Shown here one piece after another: positions 38,801-46,541 of a stretch of DNA of 64,000 bases. Source of the DNA: Candidatus Woesearchaeota archaeon (GTDB taxonomy: Archaea; Nanobdellota; Nanobdellia; Woesearchaeales; ARS49). The stretch's first letter is position 1; each line of letters opens with the position of its first letter. Made by a program: the position numbers and the translations under genes. The stretch spans positions 128,001-192,000 of the forward strand of contig JAWADY010000002.1 in assembly GCA_038891615.1 (NCBI GenBank), read 5' to 3'. Below the pieces are notes generated by a model. That model was given only the letters and a program-made list of their open reading frames with translations. It had not been told where the DNA came from and searched no databases.

Positions 38801-38981
38801 TAGCGAGCTTTGGGCAAGGGTAAGATTTGCTAAAGAACCTAGCCACTTGCTCCTTGAACTCATAAAATCAAGACTGCATGCTGGCTTGAGTGATAAGAAA
38901 ATCTTTGAGGAGCTAGGGCAGTTCTGGCCCAAATCAGAAATTATAGAGGCGCTCAAGCTCGTAAAAACCCGAATGCGCTAA
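32856..38981 (+). CDS. Large membrane-anchored S8 subtilisin-like serine protease with Ig-like/Asn-Thr-rich repeats
   Basis: Signal peptide, propeptide, triad VDTG / HGTHVAG / GTSMATPHVAG, many N-x-S/T sequons, three C-terminal TM helices. Confidence 0.92.
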   Translation: MVVLLKRGELGSLFAILLIAATLLFVSKNPLMASKTNSSKQQSFESGLTSAAVSEQSIGLAEVEPEVIQAIQAEGKARVIVLFKDQNSRDTRNRFFTAQEIISTLDAAEFQPRHRFSSIPGFSGNISMAGLQKLRNNPAIQRIVLDLPVYALLQNTVPLINASAVHGIQIGGQNITGQGQTICIVDTGIDYTHPDLGGCFGAGCKVVAGYDFVNDDSDPMDDNGHGTHVAGIAAANGTIRGVAPGARLVAMKALNSIGGGSASDIVASIDWCKNNATLFNITVISLSLGGGAFDTPCDSQPEAAAANAAVAAGLFVAAASGNSGSSTYITSPACASNVTAVAASTNSDSMAQFSQTNSLVDLVAPGVGVNSTRLGGGYLINSGTSMATPHVAGTAALMQQYQRLQSGTNLTPSEVTQILQREAGAKVTDNDNGLTFSRIDALKAANALLVINQTANKVERPGAGSVVFDSPTDLSGASAAFVIGNNTVFLNSSAFPKFNKSATIQLLNLLFQKTPVVFKDGTLCQTPLCNITSYSSGTLAFHVAGFTNYSAGANANLVVWDEGDSGQPFFEGQPRAGNPISFFANYTNRSSGAVIPSASCNITYPDGSSAMSFNSTKQVFEHTRIFDTSQFFSYPVTCADPAFEPLTATDSIQILSNSSGCTYPGPNINWTIETDSTVICANETILLINQSINVLDNATFMLDSSELTLNVTQNNIFNIGVAPNATIVVINSLIRSLDSSVKFRLDIFGYGNITNSLITNGTQTYLGGNKSHYITNSIFGDQVRVYENSNNFFTNVTFAAPIPPSIIFYDLSNNTLQNISVYGEAQFRNNSINLIRDSNFTNETRFIQNTTSRIANSSFKVVRLANSPILNFTNLSTITNEIMVLTLATPLLDGFVDMPNSIVLPLGAVINRFLPIQVLVNGTNITLSGRSVNITNTTSGTLVNNGSTDANGFVYLNATFTNTSFGIGNFTVATNPSQPLGLLTDTPIILQVSDTNLPNISLTSPPNNSLFASGILIELKYIANDTTSELANCSLILNSVLNQTHTSPQENTEQTFIVNLGEGTHSWRVECTDSSAQANVGSSETRILTVDGTPPSVFDPKPAPNSTFKIGTTIEVAVNATDNVAVDTVYANITLPNGTLQQLILALATGSKYNNSFTIPALTGLYNITYFANDTSGNANTTTTTNFTATNQAPSITLYFPLNNTQFNNTQTVTFNFSAIDDLNTTLSCGIYLDNILNQTNSTTQNNTVTEFAIEGISFGSHTWFINCTDGSLSNASETRTFIIADTQAPGWSNNKAFPTSPATYSPAQSYQFNITWTDNTGLSTVLFEHNFTGVAANFSPTGFTGNTTNREYFYNYGPLAAGNYYWKSHANDTSDNTNSTATFSYTVNKATPTLNINLQPGSSVTYGTTTNASCTASTPQITPQLFRNGTLVSNPDVGVLAAGSYNYTCTATETQNYTAPTPQQAILTINKAASEVNLTLNGQDANITIERKGTVNKTASIIVPNSGFVSLYENGTFIGGAQNVVSNTTAYTSVGLFNITARYNGSQNYSESSETHLITVQDTIPPGGVLNLTNTSMSGAWVYWSWVNPVDDDLSHTEVWVDGVFKINMSANTTSGYNATGLSAGANHTIATRTADIYGNINMSWVNHTVWIESDTIPPSVFDPKPAPNSSQTYGSTIEIAVNVTDNFAVDVVKAKITKPDGSLQTITLSNLFGSKYNSSYVLDQTGNYSVQFIANDTSGNVNDSVTTNFNSSQSESIGRGGGSRKRDTTPPRLAFIEPPTPKHGVVIEIGDLAELEFRLNITDSSKIVKAALVLNNENYQLEYLGETLWSSKLRLKPGYYVYQAFADDAAGNRGWSERRTLQLIEHIEQPVPSLPTPVKEVPAAVAWPNKTISPAIIPSKNICPTLELFVLVVLLLTILLEVTRLLVILHAQKYKHDEIKWLRIVVIVLAVLTAFLLLIHYLVCKQLLLLPLLGLALVAVSELWARVRFAKEPSHLLLELIKSRLHAGLSDKKIFEELGQFWPKSEIIEALKLVKTRMR

Positions 38982-39072
38982 CCAAAAACTTGATAGCTTT
39001 TAGTGAATTGGTAGTGTTGGCAAGCAATGGCGCTAGCTTTATATACCAACAAAAGCCTTTTTCAAATGCCAA

Positions 39073-42000
39073 TTGCAAGGCACGGCTTCAAAGGAGGAGA
39101 TAGACTTGGTTGAGTCGCAAGATATAGGTAAAGATGCACAAAGAAGTCATGCAAGTACAGCCACCGCACTTCAGCTTCAGCGCAACAGACCAAAGGCAAC
39201 AAGAATAACAAAACTTGTCCTTGATGGTTTCAAGTCTTTTGGCAAGCGAACAGAGCTGCTCTTTGACGAAGGTTTCAATGTCATTGTTGGACCGAATGGT
39301 TCAGGTAAAAGCAATGTTACAGAAGCCATCTGTTTTGTTCTTGGCAGGAGTTCTGCAAAGTCTTTAAGAGCTGAGCGAGCTTCAAGCTTTATCTATAATG
39401 GGGGAAAAACAAAGCAACCTGCGAAGCAGGCAGAAGTGAGCCTTTTCTTCGACAACAGCTCAAAGGTTTTCCCTGTTAATGAGGATGAAGTGAAGATAAC
39501 AAGAATTGTTGGTCAAGATGGTCAATCAAAGTATAAGATAAACGGGAAGACGAGGACGAGGCAGGAGTTGCTAGAGCTGCTTGCAGCTGCAAAAATAGAC
39601 CCCAATGGCTATAATCTCATTTTGCAGGGAGATATTGTGCGTTTTGTTGAGATGTCACCAATCGAGCGCAGGCAGTTGGTTGAAGACATTGCTGGCATAG
39701 GTATCTACGAAGAGAAAAAGGCACAGGCACTCAATGAGCTTGCAAAGGTTGAGGAAAAGCTTGGGCATGCAGAAATAATACTTAAAGAACGCGATGCCCA
39801 GCTAAAAGAGTTAAAGAAAGATAGGGACCAAGCGCTTAGGTACAAAAGCCTTAGTGACAAAATAAAGCAAAACAAAGCAACTTTTGTAAAAAAACTGCTT
39901 GATGCAAAACAGGCAGAAGCTGATAAGCTGACAAGCATCAGCTCAGGCTTAAAAGAAAAGCTTGAGAGATTGAACATTCAGATATCAAAGATTAGAAATG
40001 AGCTTTCTGAAAAGAAGGCACGCATTTCACAAATAAACCTCCAGCTCGAGCAAAAGGGCGAGGGTGAACAGGCTGGCTTGCGAAAGGAGATAGAAAGGCT
40101 AAAGGTCGAGCTTGCAGAAGTGCGCACAAAAATAACCTCTTTATCAGAGGAGCTTGCACGGATGTCTCAGAGGAAAGCCCAGCTTGAGCAGAGTGCCGAG
40201 TCTCGCACAAAAAAGATTGCCGAACTTGAAGAAGAAAAAAAGGAACTACTTGAAAGAAAAGCAGTAATTGCGCAGGACCTTGATACTGTAAACAGAAACA
40301 TCATCGATTTCAAAAAGAAGAATGAGCTTCCAGAAGACATTGAAGAGGTTGAGACAAAAATAGCCACCATCGATCGAGCAGCAGAGATTGTACAATCAGA
40401 ATGTCAAAAGCTTGTCGAAAGGCAACAGGCGTTGCTGAGAGAAAAGGACAAGCTCGACTTCCAGCTTCAAACAATCAACAGCCAAATTGCTAAGTTTTCA
40501 GAGCTTGCCAATGCTCATAAGGCGGAGCTCGAAGCACTAAACGCAAAAAAGGAAGAATTCAAGAGGCTCGTGCTCGAGCTTAATAAGCTGCTGAACGAAG
40601 ACTCTCAACTTGCTAGTCAAATTGTCCATCTTCGTTCAGAGCTTATTAAAGCACGAGAGGAGTTTGAAAAGATTAGGATAAGGAGTATTGCAGCACAGGA
40701 AGAAAGCTCACCTGCAGCTGTCAAAGCAATCCTGAAAGAGAAGGAGGCGTTTGGAAAGGTTTTTGGCACAATTGCGGAATTGGGAGAGGTCGACTCTAGT
40801 TATGCTCTCGCACTTGAAACAGTCGCCGGCTCTAAGCTAAATAGCATTGTCGTTGATAACGAAAGAACAGCCGCAAATTGTATAAAATTTCTCAAAGATA
40901 AAAAGCTTGGAACAGCAAGCTTTCTTCCACTAAATAAAATTAAGAATATAAAACATGATGAAGGTATAAAGAAGCTGCTAGGTGCAAAAGGGGTTCATGG
41001 CCTTGCGATTGACCTCATCTCCTTTGACCCGGCTTACAAGGCAGCATTTAGCTATGTCTTTGGGAACACAATCGTTGTGGATGACATCGAGACTGCGCGC
41101 AGACTTGGGATTGGTTCTGCAAGAATGGTTACACTTGATGGTGATCTTTGTGAAAGTTCTGGAGTGATGATTGGTGGTTTTGCCCAAAGAAAAGGTGCAT
41201 TCACAGAAAAAAGGCTCACAGAAGAGCTTGCCAGAAAGGAGAGAATTGTTGCAGAGCTCACAGAAAGGCTTGAGCTGGCTGAAAAAGCCCGACAAGCTAA
41301 AGAGGCTGAAATCTCCAGGCTTCGTGAGAAAAAAGCAATGCTTGAGGGAGAAATAATAAAGGGCGAGAAAAGCCTTCATTTTCAGTCTCTTGACATTGAA
41401 ACATCGACAACTTACAAAGAAGAACTTAAGCTAAAGCTTGAGGAACTTTCCAAGGAGCTAGCTTCAGTCGAAAACGCGCTTTCTGAAAAGACCTCTGAAC
41501 TGACAAAGCTAAAGGTCGAAAAACAAAAGTTCAGAAACAAGATAGCTGAACTCAAAAACCCAGCAATCGTTGCACAGTTGAACGCCTTTGAGTTGAAGCG
41601 GAGGTCTCTACTTGAAGAAATGGCAGGTTTAGAAGCAAGGTTTGCTGCACTCGAGGCTACACTTGCCGAACTGTTCTCTTCGGATGCTGAAAAGAGTTCT
41701 GCCTTGCTCAAGGCAATGGATTCTGAAATGTCTGAGATGACCTTGCAAATATCAAGCCTGAAAGCAAGGATGGAAAGGTTAACCGAAGAACTCAAGGCAA
41801 AAGAAAGCGCACAGGCGAGCTTGCAATCAAGCCTCAAGGAGCTTTTTGATGAACGGAACAAGCTTAGTAGTGAGGTTATTACTGGAGAGAACGCTCAGCT
41901 CGAAATAGAGGAGGTAAGAAGAAAGCTCGAGATAGAACTTAACACAATTTCTATCGAAGAAGCAAGAATTGTTGCAGAGCTAAACAACCTTCAAGCAGAA

Positions 42001-42684
42001 TTTAGCCAATATGTTGGGGTTGAGCTTCTTCCTGAAAAATCAGAAGAAGAGTTGAAGAAGGAAATAGCAGAGTTTGAACGAATGGTTTCAGAAATAGGTC
42101 CAATAAATATGAGAGCGCTTGACATCTATGAACTTGCTGAGAAGGAATATCAGGTACTCGTAGAAAAGAAAAAAACACTTGTTGCCGAAAAGGAAGAGGT
42201 TTTAAGGCTGATGAACGAGATTGAGCAAAACAAAACAGACCTTTTTATGAATACCTTCAAAGCTATTGAAGAAAATTTCTCTCAAAACTTTGCCGCTCTT
42301 ACAAGCAAAGGAGAGGCTCATCTTGTGCTTGAGATGCCAGACAAGCCTTTTGAGGGAGGAATCGACATAGAAGTAAAACTCACTGGAACAAAATTTCTTG
42401 ACTTAAGAAGTCTATCGGGTGGCGAAAAGACTTTAACTGCACTTGCGCTGATATTTGCGATTCAAGAGCACGAACCAGCAAGCTTCTATGTTCTTGATGA
42501 GGTCGATGCGGCTCTTGACAGGCACAATTCAGAGAAGCTTGCACAACTGATTAAGAAATATTCAAAGAATGCGCAGTATCTCATGATTTCACATAACGAT
42601 GCCATCATAAGCGAGGCTTCAACGCTTTATGGCGTCAGCATGGACGAGCACGGCATTAGTCAAGTTGTTGGAATTAAGATTTGA
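39073..42684 (+). CDS. smc: Chromosome segregation protein SMC
   Basis: GFKSF, GPNGSGKSN, coiled coils, hinge (VTLDGD...G.MIGG), LSGGEK and LDEVDAALD; alternative TTG start at 39106 after GGAGGA. Confidence 0.97.
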   Translation: MQGTASKEEIDLVESQDIGKDAQRSHASTATALQLQRNRPKATRITKLVLDGFKSFGKRTELLFDEGFNVIVGPNGSGKSNVTEAICFVLGRSSAKSLRAERASSFIYNGGKTKQPAKQAEVSLFFDNSSKVFPVNEDEVKITRIVGQDGQSKYKINGKTRTRQELLELLAAAKIDPNGYNLILQGDIVRFVEMSPIERRQLVEDIAGIGIYEEKKAQALNELAKVEEKLGHAEIILKERDAQLKELKKDRDQALRYKSLSDKIKQNKATFVKKLLDAKQAEADKLTSISSGLKEKLERLNIQISKIRNELSEKKARISQINLQLEQKGEGEQAGLRKEIERLKVELAEVRTKITSLSEELARMSQRKAQLEQSAESRTKKIAELEEEKKELLERKAVIAQDLDTVNRNIIDFKKKNELPEDIEEVETKIATIDRAAEIVQSECQKLVERQQALLREKDKLDFQLQTINSQIAKFSELANAHKAELEALNAKKEEFKRLVLELNKLLNEDSQLASQIVHLRSELIKAREEFEKIRIRSIAAQEESSPAAVKAILKEKEAFGKVFGTIAELGEVDSSYALALETVAGSKLNSIVVDNERTAANCIKFLKDKKLGTASFLPLNKIKNIKHDEGIKKLLGAKGVHGLAIDLISFDPAYKAAFSYVFGNTIVVDDIETARRLGIGSARMVTLDGDLCESSGVMIGGFAQRKGAFTEKRLTEELARKERIVAELTERLELAEKARQAKEAEISRLREKKAMLEGEIIKGEKSLHFQSLDIETSTTYKEELKLKLEELSKELASVENALSEKTSELTKLKVEKQKFRNKIAELKNPAIVAQLNAFELKRRSLLEEMAGLEARFAALEATLAELFSSDAEKSSALLKAMDSEMSEMTLQISSLKARMERLTEELKAKESAQASLQSSLKELFDERNKLSSEVITGENAQLEIEEVRRKLEIELNTISIEEARIVAELNNLQAEFSQYVGVELLPEKSEEELKKEIAEFERMVSEIGPINMRALDIYELAEKEYQVLVEKKKTLVAEKEEVLRLMNEIEQNKTDLFMNTFKAIEENFSQNFAALTSKGEAHLVLEMPDKPFEGGIDIEVKLTGTKFLDLRSLSGGEKTLTALALIFAIQEHEPASFYVLDEVDAALDRHNSEKLAQLIKKYSKNAQYLMISHNDAIISEASTLYGVSMDEHGISQVVGIKI

Positions 42685-42765
42685 GTCAAACTGTAGCAGT
42701 TCATGCTTCCCTTTTTGTTTTGAAAGCTTGTTCGTTTAACGCGTTGCAGCCCTCTGTTTGAAGAA

Positions 42766-42836
42766 TGCGCCGGCCGAGATTCGAACTCGGACAGTCAGCT
42801 TGGAAGGCTGATGTCATGCCATTAGACCACCGGCGC
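42766..42836 (-). tRNA. tRNA-Gly(TCC)
   Basis: GCGCCGG/CCGGCGC acceptor, TCAGC-ctTCCaa-GCTGA, GTTCGAAT. Confidence 0.95.
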
Positions 42837-42886
42837 ACAGTTCAAGAACCATCTTCTAAGCTTATAAATTTAACTTACAAAATTAA

Positions 42887-42981
42887 AGCAGCCACAAAAA
42901 ATTTGAAAAATTCATTATAAGCAATCCTTTAACTAAATAACGAGCCTTTATTCTCGTATTTTATTCGCTATTGTGGCTGCT
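42887..42981. repeat. 11-bp perfect inverted repeat flanking a 73-nt AT-rich spacer
   Basis: AGCAGCCACAA (42887-42897) and TTGTGGCTGCT (42971-42981). Confidence 0.6.
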
Positions 42982-43070
42982 CTGTTTTTTCTTGCGGCCA
43001 TGCGTCCAAATCTCCTCCACAAGCCACGCCTACTAAACCCCAACAGGAAAAATAGTGCCGAGCTAAAAAC

Positions 43071-44114
43071 TCAAACTCCAAGTTCTGCTCTTAAATTCTC
43101 AATAAACCTTTTAAAATTGTGGGATTTTATAACACCACCACAGGCAAATTCGTGTCCACCACCATATCCTTCGATGCCTACAAGTGCTGTTTCAAGCGCT
43201 TTTAAAAGGTTTCCCCTGGAATAGCGGAATGAACACTTCATCTCATCGCCTTTTTCCCTGCAAACAATGACTAGCTTTTCTGGAAAGCGGTAGGCAAGCT
43301 CGTTTGCAAGGTCTTTTGTCAGGCTTATCTTTTCTTTTGAATAAGAAAACAATAGAAATTTCTCTTCCTTGTTTTTCTTTTCTTCTCTAAGTGCATCTCT
43401 CAACAAGCTTTCATAGACCTGGTTAACTTGCTGATACTTCTTCCAAATGAGCTTTCCAGCAGGGCTTTCCTGTTTGAGTATTTCATCTGGGTGCGCAAGC
43501 CTAGTAAACACCTTTATTGAGGTGTTAACATCCTGCGAGCTTCCCTTTAGATTAAATGAGAGAACCTTTGCAAGCACCCCAACAGGGCTGTTAAAAAGAG
43601 CTTCCTCTGGATTTTTTATTTCCTTAGGGAGTAGGCTAGGATACTCCTTTCTAAAGCTGCTCACAAGGCCATTTTCAGGCAGATACCAATCGCTGATGGT
43701 GCCTGCAAGGGCTATCCAGCTGTCCTTTTGGCTAACCTGCCAACATAGATAAGATGTTGGCGTCGGACTTGCGCCTCTTGTTTTGGGATTAAAATATGCA
43801 ACCCTCTCACGCAAAAGCGGAGGGTGATGATCTATCCAGACAACCGGCATCTTCACCGCATCAATAAATTCCTGCTCAACGATTGCAATGTCAAGCACAA
43901 AAACCTTGTCAGCTACATATTCAAGCGCCTTCTGAGCGAACTGAATGCCAAGCTTTGGAGTTGCCTTAACAACAAATCCTTTACCTTCCCTTATCATTCG
44001 ATACAGCAAAAGAAAGCTCGCAAAGCCGTCAGGGTCGTCATTAAAAAAGAATATCGGCCTCTGTGTTGTTGCAAGCTCTTCCCTAAGTCGGCGCACTTCC
44101 TTTTCTGTCAGCAT
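43071..44114 (-). CDS. DHH/DHHA1 family phosphoesterase (RecJ/GAN-like)
   Basis: DDPDG, VLD, IDHH and GGGH..ACG motifs. Confidence 0.9.
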   Translation of the reverse strand: MLTEKEVRRLREELATTQRPIFFFNDDPDGFASFLLLYRMIREGKGFVVKATPKLGIQFAQKALEYVADKVFVLDIAIVEQEFIDAVKMPVVWIDHHPPLLRERVAYFNPKTRGASPTPTSYLCWQVSQKDSWIALAGTISDWYLPENGLVSSFRKEYPSLLPKEIKNPEEALFNSPVGVLAKVLSFNLKGSSQDVNTSIKVFTRLAHPDEILKQESPAGKLIWKKYQQVNQVYESLLRDALREEKKNKEEKFLLFSYSKEKISLTKDLANELAYRFPEKLVIVCREKGDEMKCSFRYSRGNLLKALETALVGIEGYGGGHEFACGGVIKSHNFKRFIENLRAELGV

Positions 44115-44153
44115 TTTATTTTTTAAATTTTAATGCCAGCAATTTTGTGTCTT

Positions 44154-44615
44154 TTAAATGAATTTAGTTATTTTCTTCAACTCTTTCTCAAAGAACGCTC
44201 TTTTTTTCTTATCCCTCATAGCTGCTGCGGGATGATAGGTTTCTATTTTTGGAAGGTCTAGCTCGGCTAGAGCCCTTTGAGCGGTCTTTCCCAGTAGGCA
44301 AATGACTTTTGGTTTTATCAACTTTATCTCCTTTCTAAGCAAAGGTAGGCAAGCTTTTATCTCTTGACTTTTTGGGGCTCTGTCTTTAACCTTCCCATTA
44401 ATTGTACGAGTTGGTCTAAACTTTACAACATTTGTTATGTAAATTTTTTTTCTATCAATACCAAACTTTGAAAGTGTTTTCATCAAAAACCTTCCAGCCC
44501 TACCAACAAAAGGTTTCTTTGCAATCACTTCTTCTTTTCCAGGGGCCTCCCCAATCAGCATAACTGCTGCTCTTCTAGGACCCTCTCCAGGAACTTCAAC
44601 CTTACATTTAGGCAT
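44154..44615 (-). CDS. udg: Uracil-DNA glycosylase (family 4-like)
   Basis: IGEAPG.EE, PFVGRAG, YITNVVK, LGKTA and YHPAA motifs. Confidence 0.9.
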   Translation of the reverse strand: MPKCKVEVPGEGPRRAAVMLIGEAPGKEEVIAKKPFVGRAGRFLMKTLSKFGIDRKKIYITNVVKFRPTRTINGKVKDRAPKSQEIKACLPLLRKEIKLIKPKVICLLGKTAQRALAELDLPKIETYHPAAAMRDKKKRAFFEKELKKITKFI

Positions 44616-44668
44616 TGCGTATTAACTCAGCCGTTATCTTTTTAAACCTTGCTGGCCTAGTGGCTAGT

Positions 44669-44851
44669 ATGGGCATCTGTGAGAACTGCCACAACTGGAA
44701 AGTCTTTAAGGAGCGTTGTTGGTTTTATTGGAAAGGAAAGACCACATGTTCGCAGCACAAAAAGAGTTGGGATTCAGAACCTTCTTTTATAACAGAAGAG
44801 CCAGAGGTTGAATCAGAAATAAAGAAATTGCATTTTGTAGCAAATTTTTAA
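44669..44851 (+). CDS. Small Cys/His-rich hypothetical protein
   Basis: MGICENC...CWFYW....CSQH; ATG 23 nt from TTTTTAAA. Confidence 0.65.
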   Translation: MGICENCHNWKVFKERCWFYWKGKTTCSQHKKSWDSEPSFITEEPEVESEIKKLHFVANF

Positions 44852-44936
44852 CTTCTGTTTTTAGTGCTCATGCGAGTTAGGCTCCTCTTTTTGAAACAAA
44901 TGACAAAGTATTTAGCATTTGTTCTTTTGGACTTAT

Positions 44937-45590
44937 TCACACTTCTCTTACCTCTGCGCCAGCCATCGCCTTCGCAATGAGCCTTTTTATGTTGAGCCCC
45001 TTTTCAAGCCTTTCGACATCCTCAAGCCGCGCCCTTGTCACTGGTTGCCTGCCAATGATGAAAGAACAACAATCAAGATAAGGCAAAATGCTTACCTCAT
45101 AGCTTCCAAGGGCTTTTGCTTCTTTAACAATCTCTTCCTTGTCCATTCCAAGCAAAGGCGTGAGAACTGGAAGGCTCGAGACTTGGTAAATCACCCTTGT
45201 GTTGTCAAGGGTTTGAGAAGCAACCTGTCCAAGACTATCCCCAGTGAGAATGGCCTGTGCCCTCTCCTTTTTTGCAATCTCATTTGAGATTCTTAACATA
45301 AGCCTCTTGTAAATAATCATTCTATAATCCGCAGGAACAGCCTTAATTACCTCAAGCTGCGTCTCTCTAAAAGGAATTAGATAGAGCTTAAGTTTTCCCT
45401 TTTGCCTTCCTTTCGAAATTATTTCAGCTAGCTTTACAATTTTTGAGTCGATTCTATCAGGAACATTATAAAAATGTGCAAGTGAAACATCAACCCCCTT
45501 TGCCATTGCTCGCATTGCAGCAACAGGACTGTCTATCCCTCCGCTCAAAAGTGCCACAATCTTTTTTATTTTCATCATCTCAAAGTTCAC
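44937..45590 (-). CDS. ThiI-like tRNA sulfurtransferase catalytic (PP-loop) domain only
   Basis: LLSGGIDSPVA, TGDSLGQVASQTL.N, PL.GMDKEEI and DCC; no N-terminal THUMP domain. Confidence 0.85.
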   Translation of the reverse strand: MNFEMMKIKKIVALLSGGIDSPVAAMRAMAKGVDVSLAHFYNVPDRIDSKIVKLAEIISKGRQKGKLKLYLIPFRETQLEVIKAVPADYRMIIYKRLMLRISNEIAKKERAQAILTGDSLGQVASQTLDNTRVIYQVSSLPVLTPLLGMDKEEIVKEAKALGSYEVSILPYLDCCSFIIGRQPVTRARLEDVERLEKGLNIKRLIAKAMAGAEVREV

Positions 45591-45645
45591 GCTTTGACTC
45601 TTTTTAGACGAAAGCTTTATTTATAGCTTTTGCTAAAATTTCCTC

Positions 45646-46380
45646 ATGTCTTATCAATTGAGGCAAAGGCTTCTTGAACTTAAAGAACTTTTGCAAAAGG
45701 CCGAATCAGTGGGAGTCATGCTTTCAGACACAGACCCTGTCAAAGGCACGCTTCTTGACTTCAGAAGCCAGCAAAAGGAGGGGCTTAAAAACGCCTTGAG
45801 GGCGTGCGCTGCAGAAATAGATAGGTTAGCTGAAAAATCTCAGCCTTGGGTGAAAGCTCAAATCCAAAGACTCAAGCGCAATCTTTCGCAAGAAAGTGTT
45901 AGTGACGTACTTGAAATTCTTGAAGAGCTTGAAGAGGAAGAAAGCCCTTTCGAACTTGATTTATCCATCATCCCATCAGAAATCCGCGAAGAACTTGCTG
46001 CGGACTTCACAGAGCTCGAAAGATGCTACAACTCAGATTGTTTTAGGTCAGCTGTCATTCTTTGCGGCAGAATCCTTGAGACCGCACTTCACAGAAAATA
46101 TTTTGAGCTAACTGGTAATGACCTTCTTGAGAAAAGTCCGGGCATAGGTTTAGGAAGTGTTATTGCAAAGTTGTCAGAGCACGGAGCAGAAATAGATCCA
46201 GGTCTTGGTAATCAGGTCCACCTCATAAATCAAGTAAGGATATGGTCTGTGCACAAAAAACAGCAACCCTTTAACCCAACAAAAGCACAGACGCAAGCGA
46301 TAATCCTTTATACCCTTGATGTAATTGAAAAACTCTTTCGAAAAAATTCAGGCAATCATGCTCGTACCGAAGAAAAATAA
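45646..46380 (+). CDS. DUF4145/HEPN-like domain protein
   Basis: C-terminal E...CY....FRSAVILCGRILE and R....H (RIWSVH). Confidence 0.7.
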   Translation: MSYQLRQRLLELKELLQKAESVGVMLSDTDPVKGTLLDFRSQQKEGLKNALRACAAEIDRLAEKSQPWVKAQIQRLKRNLSQESVSDVLEILEELEEEESPFELDLSIIPSEIREELAADFTELERCYNSDCFRSAVILCGRILETALHRKYFELTGNDLLEKSPGIGLGSVIAKLSEHGAEIDPGLGNQVHLINQVRIWSVHKKQQPFNPTKAQTQAIILYTLDVIEKLFRKNSGNHARTEEK

Positions 46381-46541
46381 AAAGGCAAGAATTGATTCTT
46401 TGGCGAAGAGAAGTTCAATGCTTCTGCCAGAAGTGCTGAGTCCAAAAGCAGATTGTGCTTGACCTGAGCATACCAACTATGTTCGGTACGCACAGGTTTT
46501 GTTAGTCCGCATCTTGAAAAGTATTCGTTTTGCCTTGCGCT

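Noticed and set aside
46381-46541. Possible small ORF or RNA between the DUF4145 gene and alaS
   Set aside because: The short frames lack a convincing start or motif and no stable structure was recognised.
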